Shown here: positions 49,879 to 59,624 of the stretch, in pieces
Layout: each line of letters starts with the position of its first letter
Numbering within the stretch: the first letter of the stretch is position 1
DNA from: Candidatus Latescibacterota bacterium
Lineage (GTDB): Bacteria; JAAXHH01
Assembly (NCBI GenBank): GCA_022822725.1
Contig: JAJEAN010000007.1
Location: 562,382-626,381, forward strand
Direction of reading: 5' to 3'
Length of the DNA stretch: 64,000 bases
Made by a program: the position numbers and the translations under genes
Notes under the pieces: generated by a model
What the model was told of the DNA's origin: nothing
Seen by the model: the letters and a program-made list of their open reading frames with translations, nothing else
Database searches by the model: none

Positions 49879-50706
49879 ATGACTGCCCTTTCTCTGGGCT
49901 ACTCGCCCTGTCCCAACGACACCTTCATCTTCTGCGCCATGACCCAGGGGCTGATTCCCGATGCGCCGACGTGCCGTGAGGTGTTGGAGGATATCGAGAC
50001 CCTGAATTCCCTGGCCCTGGAGCGCAGGCTGGACCTGACGAAGATCTCCTTTCACGCCCTGGGCCACCTCAGGGACCACTACGTCCTGCTCCGGTCTGGC
50101 GGGGCCCTGGGCAGGGGATGCGGTCCCCTGGTGGTTTCGAGGGAACCGTGTTCGCCGGATCGGTTGAAGGGCAGGAAAATCGCCCTGCCCGGTCAGCTGA
50201 CCACCGCGGCGCTGCTGCTTCGACTCTTCGATCCCTGCCTGGATCAACTGGTCTACCTGCCTTTCGACGAGATCATGCCGGCCTGCGGACGCGGCGACGT
50301 AGACGCCGGCGTGATCATCCACGAAAGCCGGTTTACATTCGCCGGATACGGCCTGTCCCAGGTGATCGATCTCGGCGCCTGGTGGGAGGCAGAAACGGGT
50401 CACCCGATTCCCCTGGGCGGGATCCTCGCGCGAAGGGACCTCGGCGGCGCGATGCACGAACGGCTTGACCGGTCGATACGGTTGAGTATCGAATACGCCT
50501 ACGCCCATCCTGATGAAGTGATGCCCTATATCCGGCGTCATGCCCAGGAGATGGACGAAAAGGTCATGCAGCAGCATATCGACCTCTACGTGAACCCGTT
50601 TTCACTGCAATACGGAGACGACGGGGAAGCGGCAATTCACGACCTGTTCGAACGGGCTGAGCAGGCAGGGATCGTCCCGTCGTCGGAGCAATCCCTGTTC
50701 GCGTAA
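49879..50706 (+). CDS. mqnD: 1,4-dihydroxy-6-naphthoate synthase (MqnD), futalosine menaquinone pathway
   Basis: LSLGYSPCPNDTFIF N-terminus is the MqnD hallmark; 275 aa. Confidence 0.75.
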   Translation: MTALSLGYSPCPNDTFIFCAMTQGLIPDAPTCREVLEDIETLNSLALERRLDLTKISFHALGHLRDHYVLLRSGGALGRGCGPLVVSREPCSPDRLKGRKIALPGQLTTAALLLRLFDPCLDQLVYLPFDEIMPACGRGDVDAGVIIHESRFTFAGYGLSQVIDLGAWWEAETGHPIPLGGILARRDLGGAMHERLDRSIRLSIEYAYAHPDEVMPYIRRHAQEMDEKVMQQHIDLYVNPFSLQYGDDGEAAIHDLFERAEQAGIVPSSEQSLFA

Positions 50707-50824
50707 TGCAGATTGCCGAATGACGGCCCGGTCGAAACACGGCCCGGTCGAGAAGCGGCCATCTCCGAACCACATCCCGGAAGGACCGGAAAGCCGATAA
50801 CCCCTAGCACGGAGAGGAAACACC

Positions 50825-51637
50825 ATGCGCATATTGATCATGACGGACATGGAAGGCGTCAGCGGCATCGTGGCCTGGGACCAGGTCACGGGCGGCAAGC
50901 CCATGTACGAGGAAGGCCGCCGGCTGTATACCGAGGAGATCAACGCCGCCGTCCGGGGCGCCCGGGCCGCGGGCGCGGAGGAAATCGTGGTGGTGGACTG
51001 CCACGGTGCGGGCGGAGACTGGACCTTCAACTCGCTGGTGCCCGAGCTGCTCGATACCGGATGTGAATGGGTGGCCAAGCATCCCTGGTCGCGTTATACG
51101 GAAATGTTCGAAACGGGATGCGACGCCGCGTTATTCGTCGGCATGCACGCCCGGGCGAACACGCCGGACGGCGTGATGTGCCATACGATCTCGACGACGG
51201 GCTGGCGCAGCCTGCGGTTCAACGACGACGAGGTGGGCGAAGTCGGCATCAATGCCGCCCTCTGCGGGCATTACGGCTGTCCCGTGCTGCTGGTCACCGG
51301 CGACGAGGCCGTGTGCCGCGAGTCCCGGGAATTGCTGGGAGTGAACCTGCCGGTCGTGGCCGTGAAACGGGGCCTGTCGAGATACTCGGCCCGGCAGATT
51401 CCCCCGGTCCGTGCGCGGCAGATGATCGAGGACGGTACGCGAGAGGCGCTGCAGGATATGCCGGAAATCAGACCCTACGTACCGGCGGCCCCCACGCGGA
51501 TCACCATCGAACTGGACACCGTGGACAACGCGGCCCATTACAAGGGCAGGCCGGGGGTATCGTTCCCCGACGACCTGACCGTCTGCAGTGACGGCCGGGA
51601 CTGGATGGAGGCCTGGAACCAGATCTGGCACTGGTAG
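50825..51637 (+). CDS. M55 family metallopeptidase (D-aminopeptidase DppA-like)
   Basis: MRILIMTDMEGVSGI N-terminus and overall length typical of peptidase M55; GGAGG RBS-like GGAGAGG upstream. Confidence 0.8.
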   Translation: MRILIMTDMEGVSGIVAWDQVTGGKPMYEEGRRLYTEEINAAVRGARAAGAEEIVVVDCHGAGGDWTFNSLVPELLDTGCEWVAKHPWSRYTEMFETGCDAALFVGMHARANTPDGVMCHTISTTGWRSLRFNDDEVGEVGINAALCGHYGCPVLLVTGDEAVCRESRELLGVNLPVVAVKRGLSRYSARQIPPVRARQMIEDGTREALQDMPEIRPYVPAAPTRITIELDTVDNAAHYKGRPGVSFPDDLTVCSDGRDWMEAWNQIWHW

Positions 51638-51655
51638 TCTTTACCGGCGGCATGC

Positions 51656-52474
51656 CTATAGCTCTTCCATCAGGTCCCGGATGAAGCGTAAGTCCGACCG
51701 GGCGAGATCACAGACCGTGTCCACGGGAACGCCGCCGTATTCGCTGTGCATGGTGACCGGCCCGTCGAACCCCTGGGACTTCAGCGTGGAAAGCGCCGTG
51801 TTCCAGTCCCCGAAGCCCGTGCCCAGCCGCACCACGTCGACTTCCCACCGCCTTTGTCCATCCCGTACGTGCAGCACTCGCGTCAGGTCCTTGAAGGAAA
51901 TGACGGACAGGTACGCCCTGACGATGTTGAGGGCCATGTCGATCGGTTCCCCGCAGATGGACAGGTGTCCCACGTCCGAGAACACCCCGACGTGTTCGGG
52001 ATCGAATCCCTGGACGACCTGCATGACGGCGGACGAATTCAGGCCCATGGAGTGGCCCGAGTGGTTGTGGACGACCGTTTTCACGCCCGTTTTCTCGGAC
52101 AGGCGCTGAAACCCATCCAGTTCCTTCCGCGCACGGTCCAGTTCCGCCCAGTAATCCGACACCGGAGACCAGTGCCAGTACCCCAGCTTGATGTGCTTTA
52201 CCCCGTTGTCACCGCAGGCCTGGTAGTATCTCTCCGCGTAGTCGAGCGTGGCCGAAGTGAAATCCCCCGGTGCCGTAACGAGCGGGATGGAAAGTCCCTC
52301 GTCCGCCAGTATGCGCGCGGCTTCCGGCAGGGCCCGGTCGATGTTACCGGGGTTCACGGGATATCCTTCGCGCACGCACAGATCGGCGCCTGTTACCCCC
52401 ACGCTCTTCAGTTTTTCCGCGACTTCCGGTATGGACAGTCCCTCGAGGTGCTTGGTGAACATGATGAACTGCAT
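51656..52474 (-). CDS. sugar phosphate isomerase/epimerase (xylose isomerase-like TIM barrel)
   Basis: The 726-aa ORF 51656..53836 is a frame merge; the convincing protein starts at ATG 52474 (MQFIMFTKHLEGL, 272 aa) with TIM-barrel metal-ligand pattern. Confidence 0.8.
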   Translation of the reverse strand: MQFIMFTKHLEGLSIPEVAEKLKSVGVTGADLCVREGYPVNPGNIDRALPEAARILADEGLSIPLVTAPGDFTSATLDYAERYYQACGDNGVKHIKLGYWHWSPVSDYWAELDRARKELDGFQRLSEKTGVKTVVHNHSGHSMGLNSSAVMQVVQGFDPEHVGVFSDVGHLSICGEPIDMALNIVRAYLSVISFKDLTRVLHVRDGQRRWEVDVVRLGTGFGDWNTALSTLKSQGFDGPVTMHSEYGGVPVDTVCDLARSDLRFIRDLMEEL

Positions 52475-52491
52475 GCGTCGATACCCCTTTC

Positions 52492-54630
52492 TCAATAAGA
52501 CTCCCAGCGATGCGGCCGGTCCGGGAACCAGGCCAGGTCTACTCCCATGGCGGCCAGCTGCCAGAAGAGATAGGCGAGCAATATGCCAATAAACATCCTT
52601 CGGACCAGATGGTAAAGCGTCGGACCGCCGATGCGGAACACGATGGCCTGAACCAGCCAGGCCAGGAAGATCGTCAGGAAGGCGTTCCGAACCGGGGCGG
52701 ACATGACTACCACCATGCCGATGGGGTGGAGCGGCCACCAGGGAAGGAGAAACCGCCCGGCCAGGAGCACGATCATCATGACGACGCCGCTCCCGAAAAA
52801 CAGGATTTCGAGGTCGCTGATCCGCGTCGCGTTGTTGACCCAGGTCACGATCAGATCGTAGAACCGGATACCCCGGTCCGTGCCCAGGTCGGTCCGCAGG
52901 TTCTGCGCGCCAGAGGTGTTTCCGGCGTAAATCACGTAGCCGATGGAGGCCGCGGCACTCAGGCAGAAGGCGGCGGCCACTCCGGCGAAGAGGTGCCTGG
53001 AAGAGATCCCGCTCCCGGGACCCCGCAAATCCGGTAACCTGCCGGTCCGGGCTTGCCGGTGCTGGCGCCAGCGGGATTTCAGCCAGGCCACGTGGGACGT
53101 GCCGATCATGGTAAAGGTGCGCCAGTTGCGCGCGAACCCGTTGGCCATGCCCAGGGCCGTGAGGTCGCCGTGCCCGATCCGGGCGGACCCCACGATGGCG
53201 ATGGAGAACTGGTGGCTGTTGATGGGCAGGTCGAGTGTCACCACGCCCGTTTCCGCGACGACGCGGGCCAGGGCGATGTAGAAGATAAAGAGCAAGGCGA
53301 TGAACAGCGCCATGATCGGCAGAGACATCCCGGCGGCGTACAGCCAGCAAATGATGAAGAGTAGACCGAGCAGGAAGCCGAAGACGGCCGTTCGGTAAGA
53401 GAACAGCTCTTCCGCATCGTCCAGTTCGTCTTGCCGGCCCAGGGCATGTCGCCATACGGCCACGAGGTGCCGACGGGCCATCCACAGGCCGAAAAGGACG
53501 AAGGTAACCAGGCCGGCTATGGATTGAATGCCGGCAAGACCGCCATGGATAATGGTGCCGGAGGTGGATCCTACACCGAGCAGGTTGAGCGATCCCTCCT
53601 GAAGCACGTAGAAGACGAGAAACAGCCACATGCTGAGCAGCACGTCCCGGTTGACGTAGATCAGCAGGCAAAAGACGAACACGTTCATGCGGAAGATTAG
53701 CCCGGGAAAGGCGGGATCGAGGGTAAGCACCCGGGAGTGTTCGGCCATGATCGGGACCGGAGGCCAAACGCCCCAGAAAGATATGATGTTCCAGATCATG
53801 ACCAGGGACATGGCCGCCGCGCCGGTCAGGATCCATCGATTGCCGTTTTTCCCATTTCCGCCTTTCCCATTGTCGCCACCCACCCCAGCGCTGCCACCCT
53901 CCCCGACGCCGCCTTCCTTTCTGCCGTCTTCCCCAGTGCCGCCTTCCTTTCCGCCGCCGCCCAGCGAAATCAGGTGCAGGCCCACTTCACCCAGCGGGAA
54001 CTGAAGCCGCTCGTGTTCGACCCACTGTTTCCGGAGCATGACGACGATGCACGCGCCGACGAAGAGCAGGACCAGGATGAAGGCACCCCACCAGAACAGG
54101 GGGGACAGCCATGCACCCCAGGGAATCGACTGGCCGGACTGGAGTCCCTCGTAGAATACCCGCGCCGCCGCCCGGTCGCTCAGGACCAGCCATTCGGGCA
54201 GATAGGGAAAGAAGATGGTTTCCCAGCTGTTCTCCGGCGAAGAGAAGTAGAACGGCGCGGTGATCACAACGAGCAGGTATTTGGTCATGGCCTGGTCGGG
54301 CACCGTGGAAGCGATCCACCCCATGGCGAAAACCATGATCAGTTCATAGAACGTGAGCGCCGACGCGGGACGAATCCGCGCGACCAGGACATTGGGCAGC
54401 AGCACGCAAAAGAGAAAGGGAACGAGGAACACCGGGGGAAGGTGGGTCGCCGCCGGTTCGTAGCCGATATGATTGGCGCTGTATTCCCCTGTGAAACCGA
54501 TGAAAACCGAAAGCGCGGCCCCGATGAGGAAGGCCCGGAAGGTCCGGAAGGCCCGAAAGGTCCGGAAGCGCTGGAGGAAGGCCGGTGCGATCAATGTCAT
54601 CTCACGGTAGGAGGGGCGTGACCGGTCCAC
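52492..54630 (-). CDS. large polytopic membrane protein of unknown function with Gly/Lys-rich extramembrane loop
   Basis: ~14 predicted TM segments; N-terminal RFRTFRAF repeat from 9/18-bp tandem duplication; loop GGGGKEGGTGEDGRKEGGVGEGGSAGVGGDNGKGGNGKNGN; no family recognised. Alternative start at 54600 (MTLIAPAF). Confidence 0.6.
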   Translation of the reverse strand: MDRSRPSYREMTLIAPAFLQRFRTFRAFRTFRAFLIGAALSVFIGFTGEYSANHIGYEPAATHLPPVFLVPFLFCVLLPNVLVARIRPASALTFYELIMVFAMGWIASTVPDQAMTKYLLVVITAPFYFSSPENSWETIFFPYLPEWLVLSDRAAARVFYEGLQSGQSIPWGAWLSPLFWWGAFILVLLFVGACIVVMLRKQWVEHERLQFPLGEVGLHLISLGGGGKEGGTGEDGRKEGGVGEGGSAGVGGDNGKGGNGKNGNRWILTGAAAMSLVMIWNIISFWGVWPPVPIMAEHSRVLTLDPAFPGLIFRMNVFVFCLLIYVNRDVLLSMWLFLVFYVLQEGSLNLLGVGSTSGTIIHGGLAGIQSIAGLVTFVLFGLWMARRHLVAVWRHALGRQDELDDAEELFSYRTAVFGFLLGLLFIICWLYAAGMSLPIMALFIALLFIFYIALARVVAETGVVTLDLPINSHQFSIAIVGSARIGHGDLTALGMANGFARNWRTFTMIGTSHVAWLKSRWRQHRQARTGRLPDLRGPGSGISSRHLFAGVAAAFCLSAAASIGYVIYAGNTSGAQNLRTDLGTDRGIRFYDLIVTWVNNATRISDLEILFFGSGVVMMIVLLAGRFLLPWWPLHPIGMVVVMSAPVRNAFLTIFLAWLVQAIVFRIGGPTLYHLVRRMFIGILLAYLFWQLAAMGVDLAWFPDRPHRWESY

Positions 54631-54652
54631 AAAGCCAAACGCGACCGGTCAG

Positions 54653-54745
54653 GTGCCGGCCACCACGTGCCGGCCACCAAGTGCCGGCCACCACGTGCCC
54701 ACCACGTGCCGGCCGGTACGTGCCGGCCACCAAGTGCCCACCGTC
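54653..54745. repeat. 14-bp tandem repeat array (gtgccggccaccac-like, ~6-7 units) in the region upstream of the membrane-protein gene
   Basis: Direct reading. Confidence 0.85.
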
Positions 54746-54771
54746 CGGCACGGGCCGTCAGGTACCGGCCG

Positions 54772-56178
54772 TCAGGACCACACGGTCAGTCCCATGACGA
54801 GATATACGACTCCGGTCAGCACGGCGGCAACCATCGCATAGGGGATCTGGGTCCTGACGTGATCGATGTGATCCGATGCCGCGCCGGTCGAAGCGAGAAT
54901 CGAGGTATCGGAAAGTGGAGAGCAGTGGTCGCCGAAGACCCCGCCGCCGGCTACGGCCGCAATAGTCGCGTATACGATGTCGGTCAACGCGTCCCCTGAA
55001 TAAACCAGGGCCACGGGTACCGCGATGGGCAGCATGATGGCGAAAGTGCCCCAGGACGTGCCGGTGGAAAAGGCCATCACGGCCGCCAGCAGGTAGGTAG
55101 CCAGGGGGAGCATGGACGGCGTGAGGAAATCCCTTGAAACCGATACCATGTAGTCGGCCGTGCCCATGTCTCTGCTCAACTGGTTGATCGTGTAGGCGAA
55201 AACCAGGATCATGATGGCCGGCATGATCCCTTTGATGCCCGTCATCGCCGTGTCCATGATGTCGTTCAGCCGGATGCCCTGGATGCGGATCGATATGCCG
55301 AGGAATATGACGACGGCGAGATAGGCTTCCAGCGTCTTCGCGGACCCCGTGAGCACAAAGGAACCCAGGACGATGACGATGATCAGGATCACGGGCAGGA
55401 TGAAGTTCAGGAACAGGCGGGGTTTGATATCCGGGAACATGGGGGTCTCGGTCAGCTCCCGTCCGATGAGCGGGACCGCGCCGTCTCTCAGCACCTTGCC
55501 TTCGTCCATGGCCCGGCGTTCCGCTTTCTTCATGGGGCCGAACTCCGGGACCAGTCCGGCGGCGATAAGTCCGACCAGGATGACCGCCGTTATGGCGTAG
55601 ATATTGTAGGGAATGGAGTGAATGAACGCGTTCAGCGCATCGCCGGCATCGGCTATGGGTCCCATGCCGATGGTGAGTCCGGAGATATAGATCGCCCAGC
55701 CCGTGAAGGGCAGGAGGACGATGACCGGGGCGGAGGTGGAGTCGGCGATATAGGCCAGTTTCTCCCTGGATATCCGCGCCTTGTCGGCCAGGCTCCGCAT
55801 CGTGGTCCCGACGAAGAGCGGGCTGAAATAGTCGCTGAAGAATACGAACATGCCCAGCATCCACGTCCAGAGCTGTACTCCCCTGCGCGACAACTTCCGG
55901 TAGGCCACGAACCGGGTGAAAGCCTCAATGGCGCCGGTACGCATGAAGAAGGCGATCATGATCCCGATGCAGATCTCGAGCAGGAACACCCAGGAGAAAC
56001 TGGTATTCCCGATCGCGTCGATCATCAACTGCGAAAACCCCAGTGGCCCCTGTCCCGCGATCAGGACGCCCACCAGGCAGGCCACAGCAAGGGAATACAC
56101 GGCGTTCCTGGTCAGGAAGGCCAGTACGATGGCAAGGGCCGGCGGCACGATGGAGAGGATGCCGAGGTCGGTTTCCAT
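54772..56178 (-). CDS. Na+/H+ antiporter NhaC family protein
   Basis: 468 aa, NhaC-typical N-terminal helices and overall topology. Confidence 0.8.
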   Translation of the reverse strand: METDLGILSIVPPALAIVLAFLTRNAVYSLAVACLVGVLIAGQGPLGFSQLMIDAIGNTSFSWVFLLEICIGIMIAFFMRTGAIEAFTRFVAYRKLSRRGVQLWTWMLGMFVFFSDYFSPLFVGTTMRSLADKARISREKLAYIADSTSAPVIVLLPFTGWAIYISGLTIGMGPIADAGDALNAFIHSIPYNIYAITAVILVGLIAAGLVPEFGPMKKAERRAMDEGKVLRDGAVPLIGRELTETPMFPDIKPRLFLNFILPVILIIVIVLGSFVLTGSAKTLEAYLAVVIFLGISIRIQGIRLNDIMDTAMTGIKGIMPAIMILVFAYTINQLSRDMGTADYMVSVSRDFLTPSMLPLATYLLAAVMAFSTGTSWGTFAIMLPIAVPVALVYSGDALTDIVYATIAAVAGGGVFGDHCSPLSDTSILASTGAASDHIDHVRTQIPYAMVAAVLTGVVYLVMGLTVWS

Positions 56179-56264
56179 AAGGGATCCCCGGATTTGAAAT
56201 GGGTTTGGATCTCAAACAAGAAACATCTATCGGGCGCTTCAGGCAACCACCTATATTGTGATGC

Positions 56265-57092
56265 ATGAATCATCTCGGTTTCATGCTGATCGATCCGCCG
56301 TCCCGATGGGGCGGGAGTATCGACGACACCTTCCGTTTCATTCGGTCCATCGGATATGACGGCGTGGAATTGAACCTCACCACGGAACTGGCGGGCCGTC
56401 TAAACCTTGTGGAGGACGCCGTCCAGGCAAATGATCTGCCGGTCGTTTCGCTGCTCACCGGCGCGGCGTACCAGGAGGGGCTTTGTCTCAGCGCGCCGGA
56501 CGCGTCCATCCGCGATCGAACGGTCGAGCGCCTGGTGGAGAACATGGGAACCGCGAAACGGTTCGGGGCCATCCTGGTGGTCGGCCTGTTGCAGGGGCTG
56601 CGCTCCGACGAACCGGACCCTGAAACCGCCAATGCGCGGATCGTTTCCTGTCTGCAACGGGTGGGGCGGGAAGCCGAGGCCAGGGGCGTCGACATCGTGA
56701 TCGAACCGGTAAACCACCTCCAGGTGGGATTCAACAACAGCGTCGGGGAAGTCCTGCGTCTGATCCGCGACATCGGATCCAGCGCCTTCCATCCCATGGT
56801 CGACACCATCCACATGAATATCGAGGAAACCTCCCTCGTACAGCCCATCCAGGACTGCGGCGCCCGTCTCAGGCACGTTCATCTCTGCGAAAGCCACGGG
56901 GGATTGCCGGGTTCCGGACGCATCGACTTTTCGGCCGTCCTCGATGCCCTGGAAAGCGTGGGGTATTCCCATTTCGCTTCCGTGAAGGTCTACAGGAAGG
57001 CTGGGTTGCGCGAAGCGGCGGAGCAGAGCATGGCCTTCTTCAAGGAACTGAAACCGGGCCGGGTGCGCCGCGTCGGCCGGCCGGACAGGTGA
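56265..57092 (+). CDS. sugar phosphate isomerase/epimerase (xylose isomerase-like TIM barrel)
   Basis: IRSIGYDGVELN..., EPVNH..., HVHLCES metal-ligand pattern. Confidence 0.8.
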   Translation: MNHLGFMLIDPPSRWGGSIDDTFRFIRSIGYDGVELNLTTELAGRLNLVEDAVQANDLPVVSLLTGAAYQEGLCLSAPDASIRDRTVERLVENMGTAKRFGAILVVGLLQGLRSDEPDPETANARIVSCLQRVGREAEARGVDIVIEPVNHLQVGFNNSVGEVLRLIRDIGSSAFHPMVDTIHMNIEETSLVQPIQDCGARLRHVHLCESHGGLPGSGRIDFSAVLDALESVGYSHFASVKVYRKAGLREAAEQSMAFFKELKPGRVRRVGRPDR

Positions 57093-57143
57093 TTCAGGGG
57101 ATCGGCACGCTTGAAGTACCGGAAAGCCAGGCCGTAGCAGCGA

Positions 57144-58160
57144 TTACGGCCATGCCGGCTTCTGCGGCAAACCGGTGCGGACGGACTCCAATCCCGCCTC
57201 GCAAACGGCTACGACACGGGCGCCCATGCGGGCGGGAATCGGGTTTTCGATGCGGCCGTCGAGCGTGTCCAGGAAATCGATGACGGAACGGCCCCAGCCG
57301 TGTCCGCCCACGGCGGCCTCGTCGGAGACGTTGGGCAGCGTCACGGGTTCCTCCCCCCTGCGATACAACTTTCCGTTCCAGAGGGTCCCTTCGGTGCCGT
57401 ACACGGCCAGCATGCCGCCTCCCATGCCGTGTCCGGAGCAGCCGCTCGAGACGAAGACCTTGCCAAGCACCCCGTTCTCGAACTTCAGCATGACGATATA
57501 GCAGTCGTCCGCGGGAAACTCGGGCACGCTCATCTTGCTGCTGTAGGCAAAAACCTCCACGACGGGAGCGTCTACCGTGGAAAGGATGCTGTCGATGGGG
57601 TGGCAGCCGCCGCCAAAGAGTATGTTCTGCGGATGCTGCCGGTCGATCCGCCACGGCGTGTGCCTGTGTTCGCCGGGCTGGTAGATGGACCACATGTCGT
57701 GGATGTAGTCGCCCTGCACGAAGAAGATGTCGCCGATTTCTCCCGAACGGGCGGCACGGGACATTTCCCGCCAGGGATACATGTACCGGACGGTGTGATC
57801 CGTCATCACGGTCAATCCAGCCCGGTCGGCGGCATCGATGATGCGCTGCGCGTCGGCCATGGTCGTGGCCAGCGGCTTCTCCACCAGGGCATGAGCGCCG
57901 TATTCCAGGGCCAGGACGGTCTGGTCGGCGTGCAGATGGTCCGGGCCGGCCACCGCGACGACGTCCGGACTGGTTTCGACCATCAGTGATACGAGGTCGT
58001 GGCCGGTAACCGCACCGGGGTAGATCGACCTGGCCGCCGCGAGCTTCTCACCGTCCGGGTCGAACAGGGCGGTCACCCGGGCGCGGCCGCTTTTTTCCGC
58101 CACCTGGGCCACGTACTTTCCCGCGCTGCCACAACCGCTCAGGAGTATGGAATAGGGCAT
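57144..58160 (-). CDS. Gfo/Idh/MocA family oxidoreductase
   Basis: ILLSGCGSAGKYVAQ Rossmann motif, EKP motif (LVEKPLA). Confidence 0.85.
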   Translation of the reverse strand: MPYSILLSGCGSAGKYVAQVAEKSGRARVTALFDPDGEKLAAARSIYPGAVTGHDLVSLMVETSPDVVAVAGPDHLHADQTVLALEYGAHALVEKPLATTMADAQRIIDAADRAGLTVMTDHTVRYMYPWREMSRAARSGEIGDIFFVQGDYIHDMWSIYQPGEHRHTPWRIDRQHPQNILFGGGCHPIDSILSTVDAPVVEVFAYSSKMSVPEFPADDCYIVMLKFENGVLGKVFVSSGCSGHGMGGGMLAVYGTEGTLWNGKLYRRGEEPVTLPNVSDEAAVGGHGWGRSVIDFLDTLDGRIENPIPARMGARVVAVCEAGLESVRTGLPQKPAWP

Positions 58161-58187
58161 GTAGAATGGTCTGATTCAGCCCGGATC

Positions 58188-59591
58188 TCACTTCACCTGA
58201 TCCAGCCGGGTCCGGTACTTGTCATACAGGTCAGTGTGCTTGCTGCTGATATCGACCGGCCGGCCCTGGATGAAGGCCCGTTCCACCTGCGTCATGATCT
58301 CGAGCGGGTCTCCATTAGTCACGATCAGCGTGGCGTCCTTGCCCGTCTCCAGGGAACCGAGCCTGTCCTCCACTCCGAGAATACGGGCGGGGTATAGCGT
58401 TACGGACTTGAGCGCCTCATCCTTCGGCAGGCCGTAGGCCGCCGCGGTGGCCGCGTGGTACGGGAGGTTCCGCACGTTTGAGGCGCCTCCGCCCTCGCCG
58501 ATACAGAAGGCCAGGCCGGCCTCATGCAGTTTCAGGGCATTGGTGTAAGGCGCGTCGTAGGCCTCCCAACGACGGACGGGCAGGTAATGCACGGCGCCGA
58601 TGATCACGGGGATATCGTTCTCCTTCAAACGGTCCGCCACACGCCAGACGTCGGCACCGCCGACCAGGACGATCCTGAGATCCTCGGCAAGCGCCCAGTC
58701 GAGGGCGGCGTGGATCTGCTTCTCTTCAGACGCGTGAATGAAGACGGGCAGCTCTTTTTTGAGGACCGGGATCATGGACTCCCAGCCGAGGTCGGAGGGA
58801 TGAAAAGGCCCGCCGTCGCGTTCCGCCTCTTTTGCGATCATGTACGCCCTGGCTTCCCGGAAGGCGTCGCGAAACCTGGCAAGGGAAGCTCTGCGTGCCT
58901 TGATCTGCTCCTCCGGACCGCCCAGGCCGGGAATGTCGCGAACACGGTAGGATGGCCATCGTACGTGAAGCCCCACTGTCGCGACAAGGGTCATTTCCTC
59001 GGTGGTCCATCCATCCATCGCGATCAGCCCGGATAGACCGGAGATCAGTCCCCCGCCCGGCATGGTCAGGGCGGTCAGGATCCCGTTGGCCCGGGCGACC
59101 GGGAAGTACTCACTGTCGGGATTCACGGCGGTCACCGCGCGGACGCTGGGGGTCACGTTCCCGGTTTCGATATTGTCATGGGTCGCCCAAACCGAGCCGA
59201 TCTCGGTGAGGCCGAGGGTCGTCGGCGCGGCGATCAAGCCGGGATACACATGTTTTCCCGTAATGTCGATCACCCGGGTGTTTTGGGGCAGGGCCAGGTC
59301 GATCCCGATACCGGTAATCACACCTGCTTCAAAGAGCACTGTGGCGCCCTCGATGACGCCGCCGCTTACCGTATGGACCGTTCCGCCGGCCAACGCGATG
59401 GGCTGTACCTGCGGGCCGGAGGGCTTCTGCTTGGAAGCCGTCGCTTCGTGGACCAGGGGACCGAAGACGACCCCCGATATCAGCAAGAGAAACATCAACG
59501 GAACCGCAGACCGCCTTTGCCACGTGCCTGCAGCGGTTTTCGCCGACGGGTTCGTCCCCGGTAATGTGCGGGGTAATAACGCCATTTCCAA
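58188..59591 (-). CDS. amidohydrolase family protein, secreted
   Basis: Signal peptide likely starts at internal ATG 59495 (MFLLLISGVVFG); amidohydrolase metal-binding pattern (HxH-like N-terminus, C-terminal Asp region). Confidence 0.75.
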   Translation of the reverse strand: MEMALLPRTLPGTNPSAKTAAGTWQRRSAVPLMFLLLISGVVFGPLVHEATASKQKPSGPQVQPIALAGGTVHTVSGGVIEGATVLFEAGVITGIGIDLALPQNTRVIDITGKHVYPGLIAAPTTLGLTEIGSVWATHDNIETGNVTPSVRAVTAVNPDSEYFPVARANGILTALTMPGGGLISGLSGLIAMDGWTTEEMTLVATVGLHVRWPSYRVRDIPGLGGPEEQIKARRASLARFRDAFREARAYMIAKEAERDGGPFHPSDLGWESMIPVLKKELPVFIHASEEKQIHAALDWALAEDLRIVLVGGADVWRVADRLKENDIPVIIGAVHYLPVRRWEAYDAPYTNALKLHEAGLAFCIGEGGGASNVRNLPYHAATAAAYGLPKDEALKSVTLYPARILGVEDRLGSLETGKDATLIVTNGDPLEIMTQVERAFIQGRPVDISSKHTDLYDKYRTRLDQVK

Positions 59592-59624
59592 CCTCCATTC
59601 GCCGGGATCCCGGCTAGTACGGGC

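Noticed and set aside
52475-53836. Upstream 450 residues of the 726-aa ORF 51656..53836
   Set aside because: Overlaps the polytopic membrane-protein gene in a different frame. The TIM-barrel protein starts at ATG 52474.
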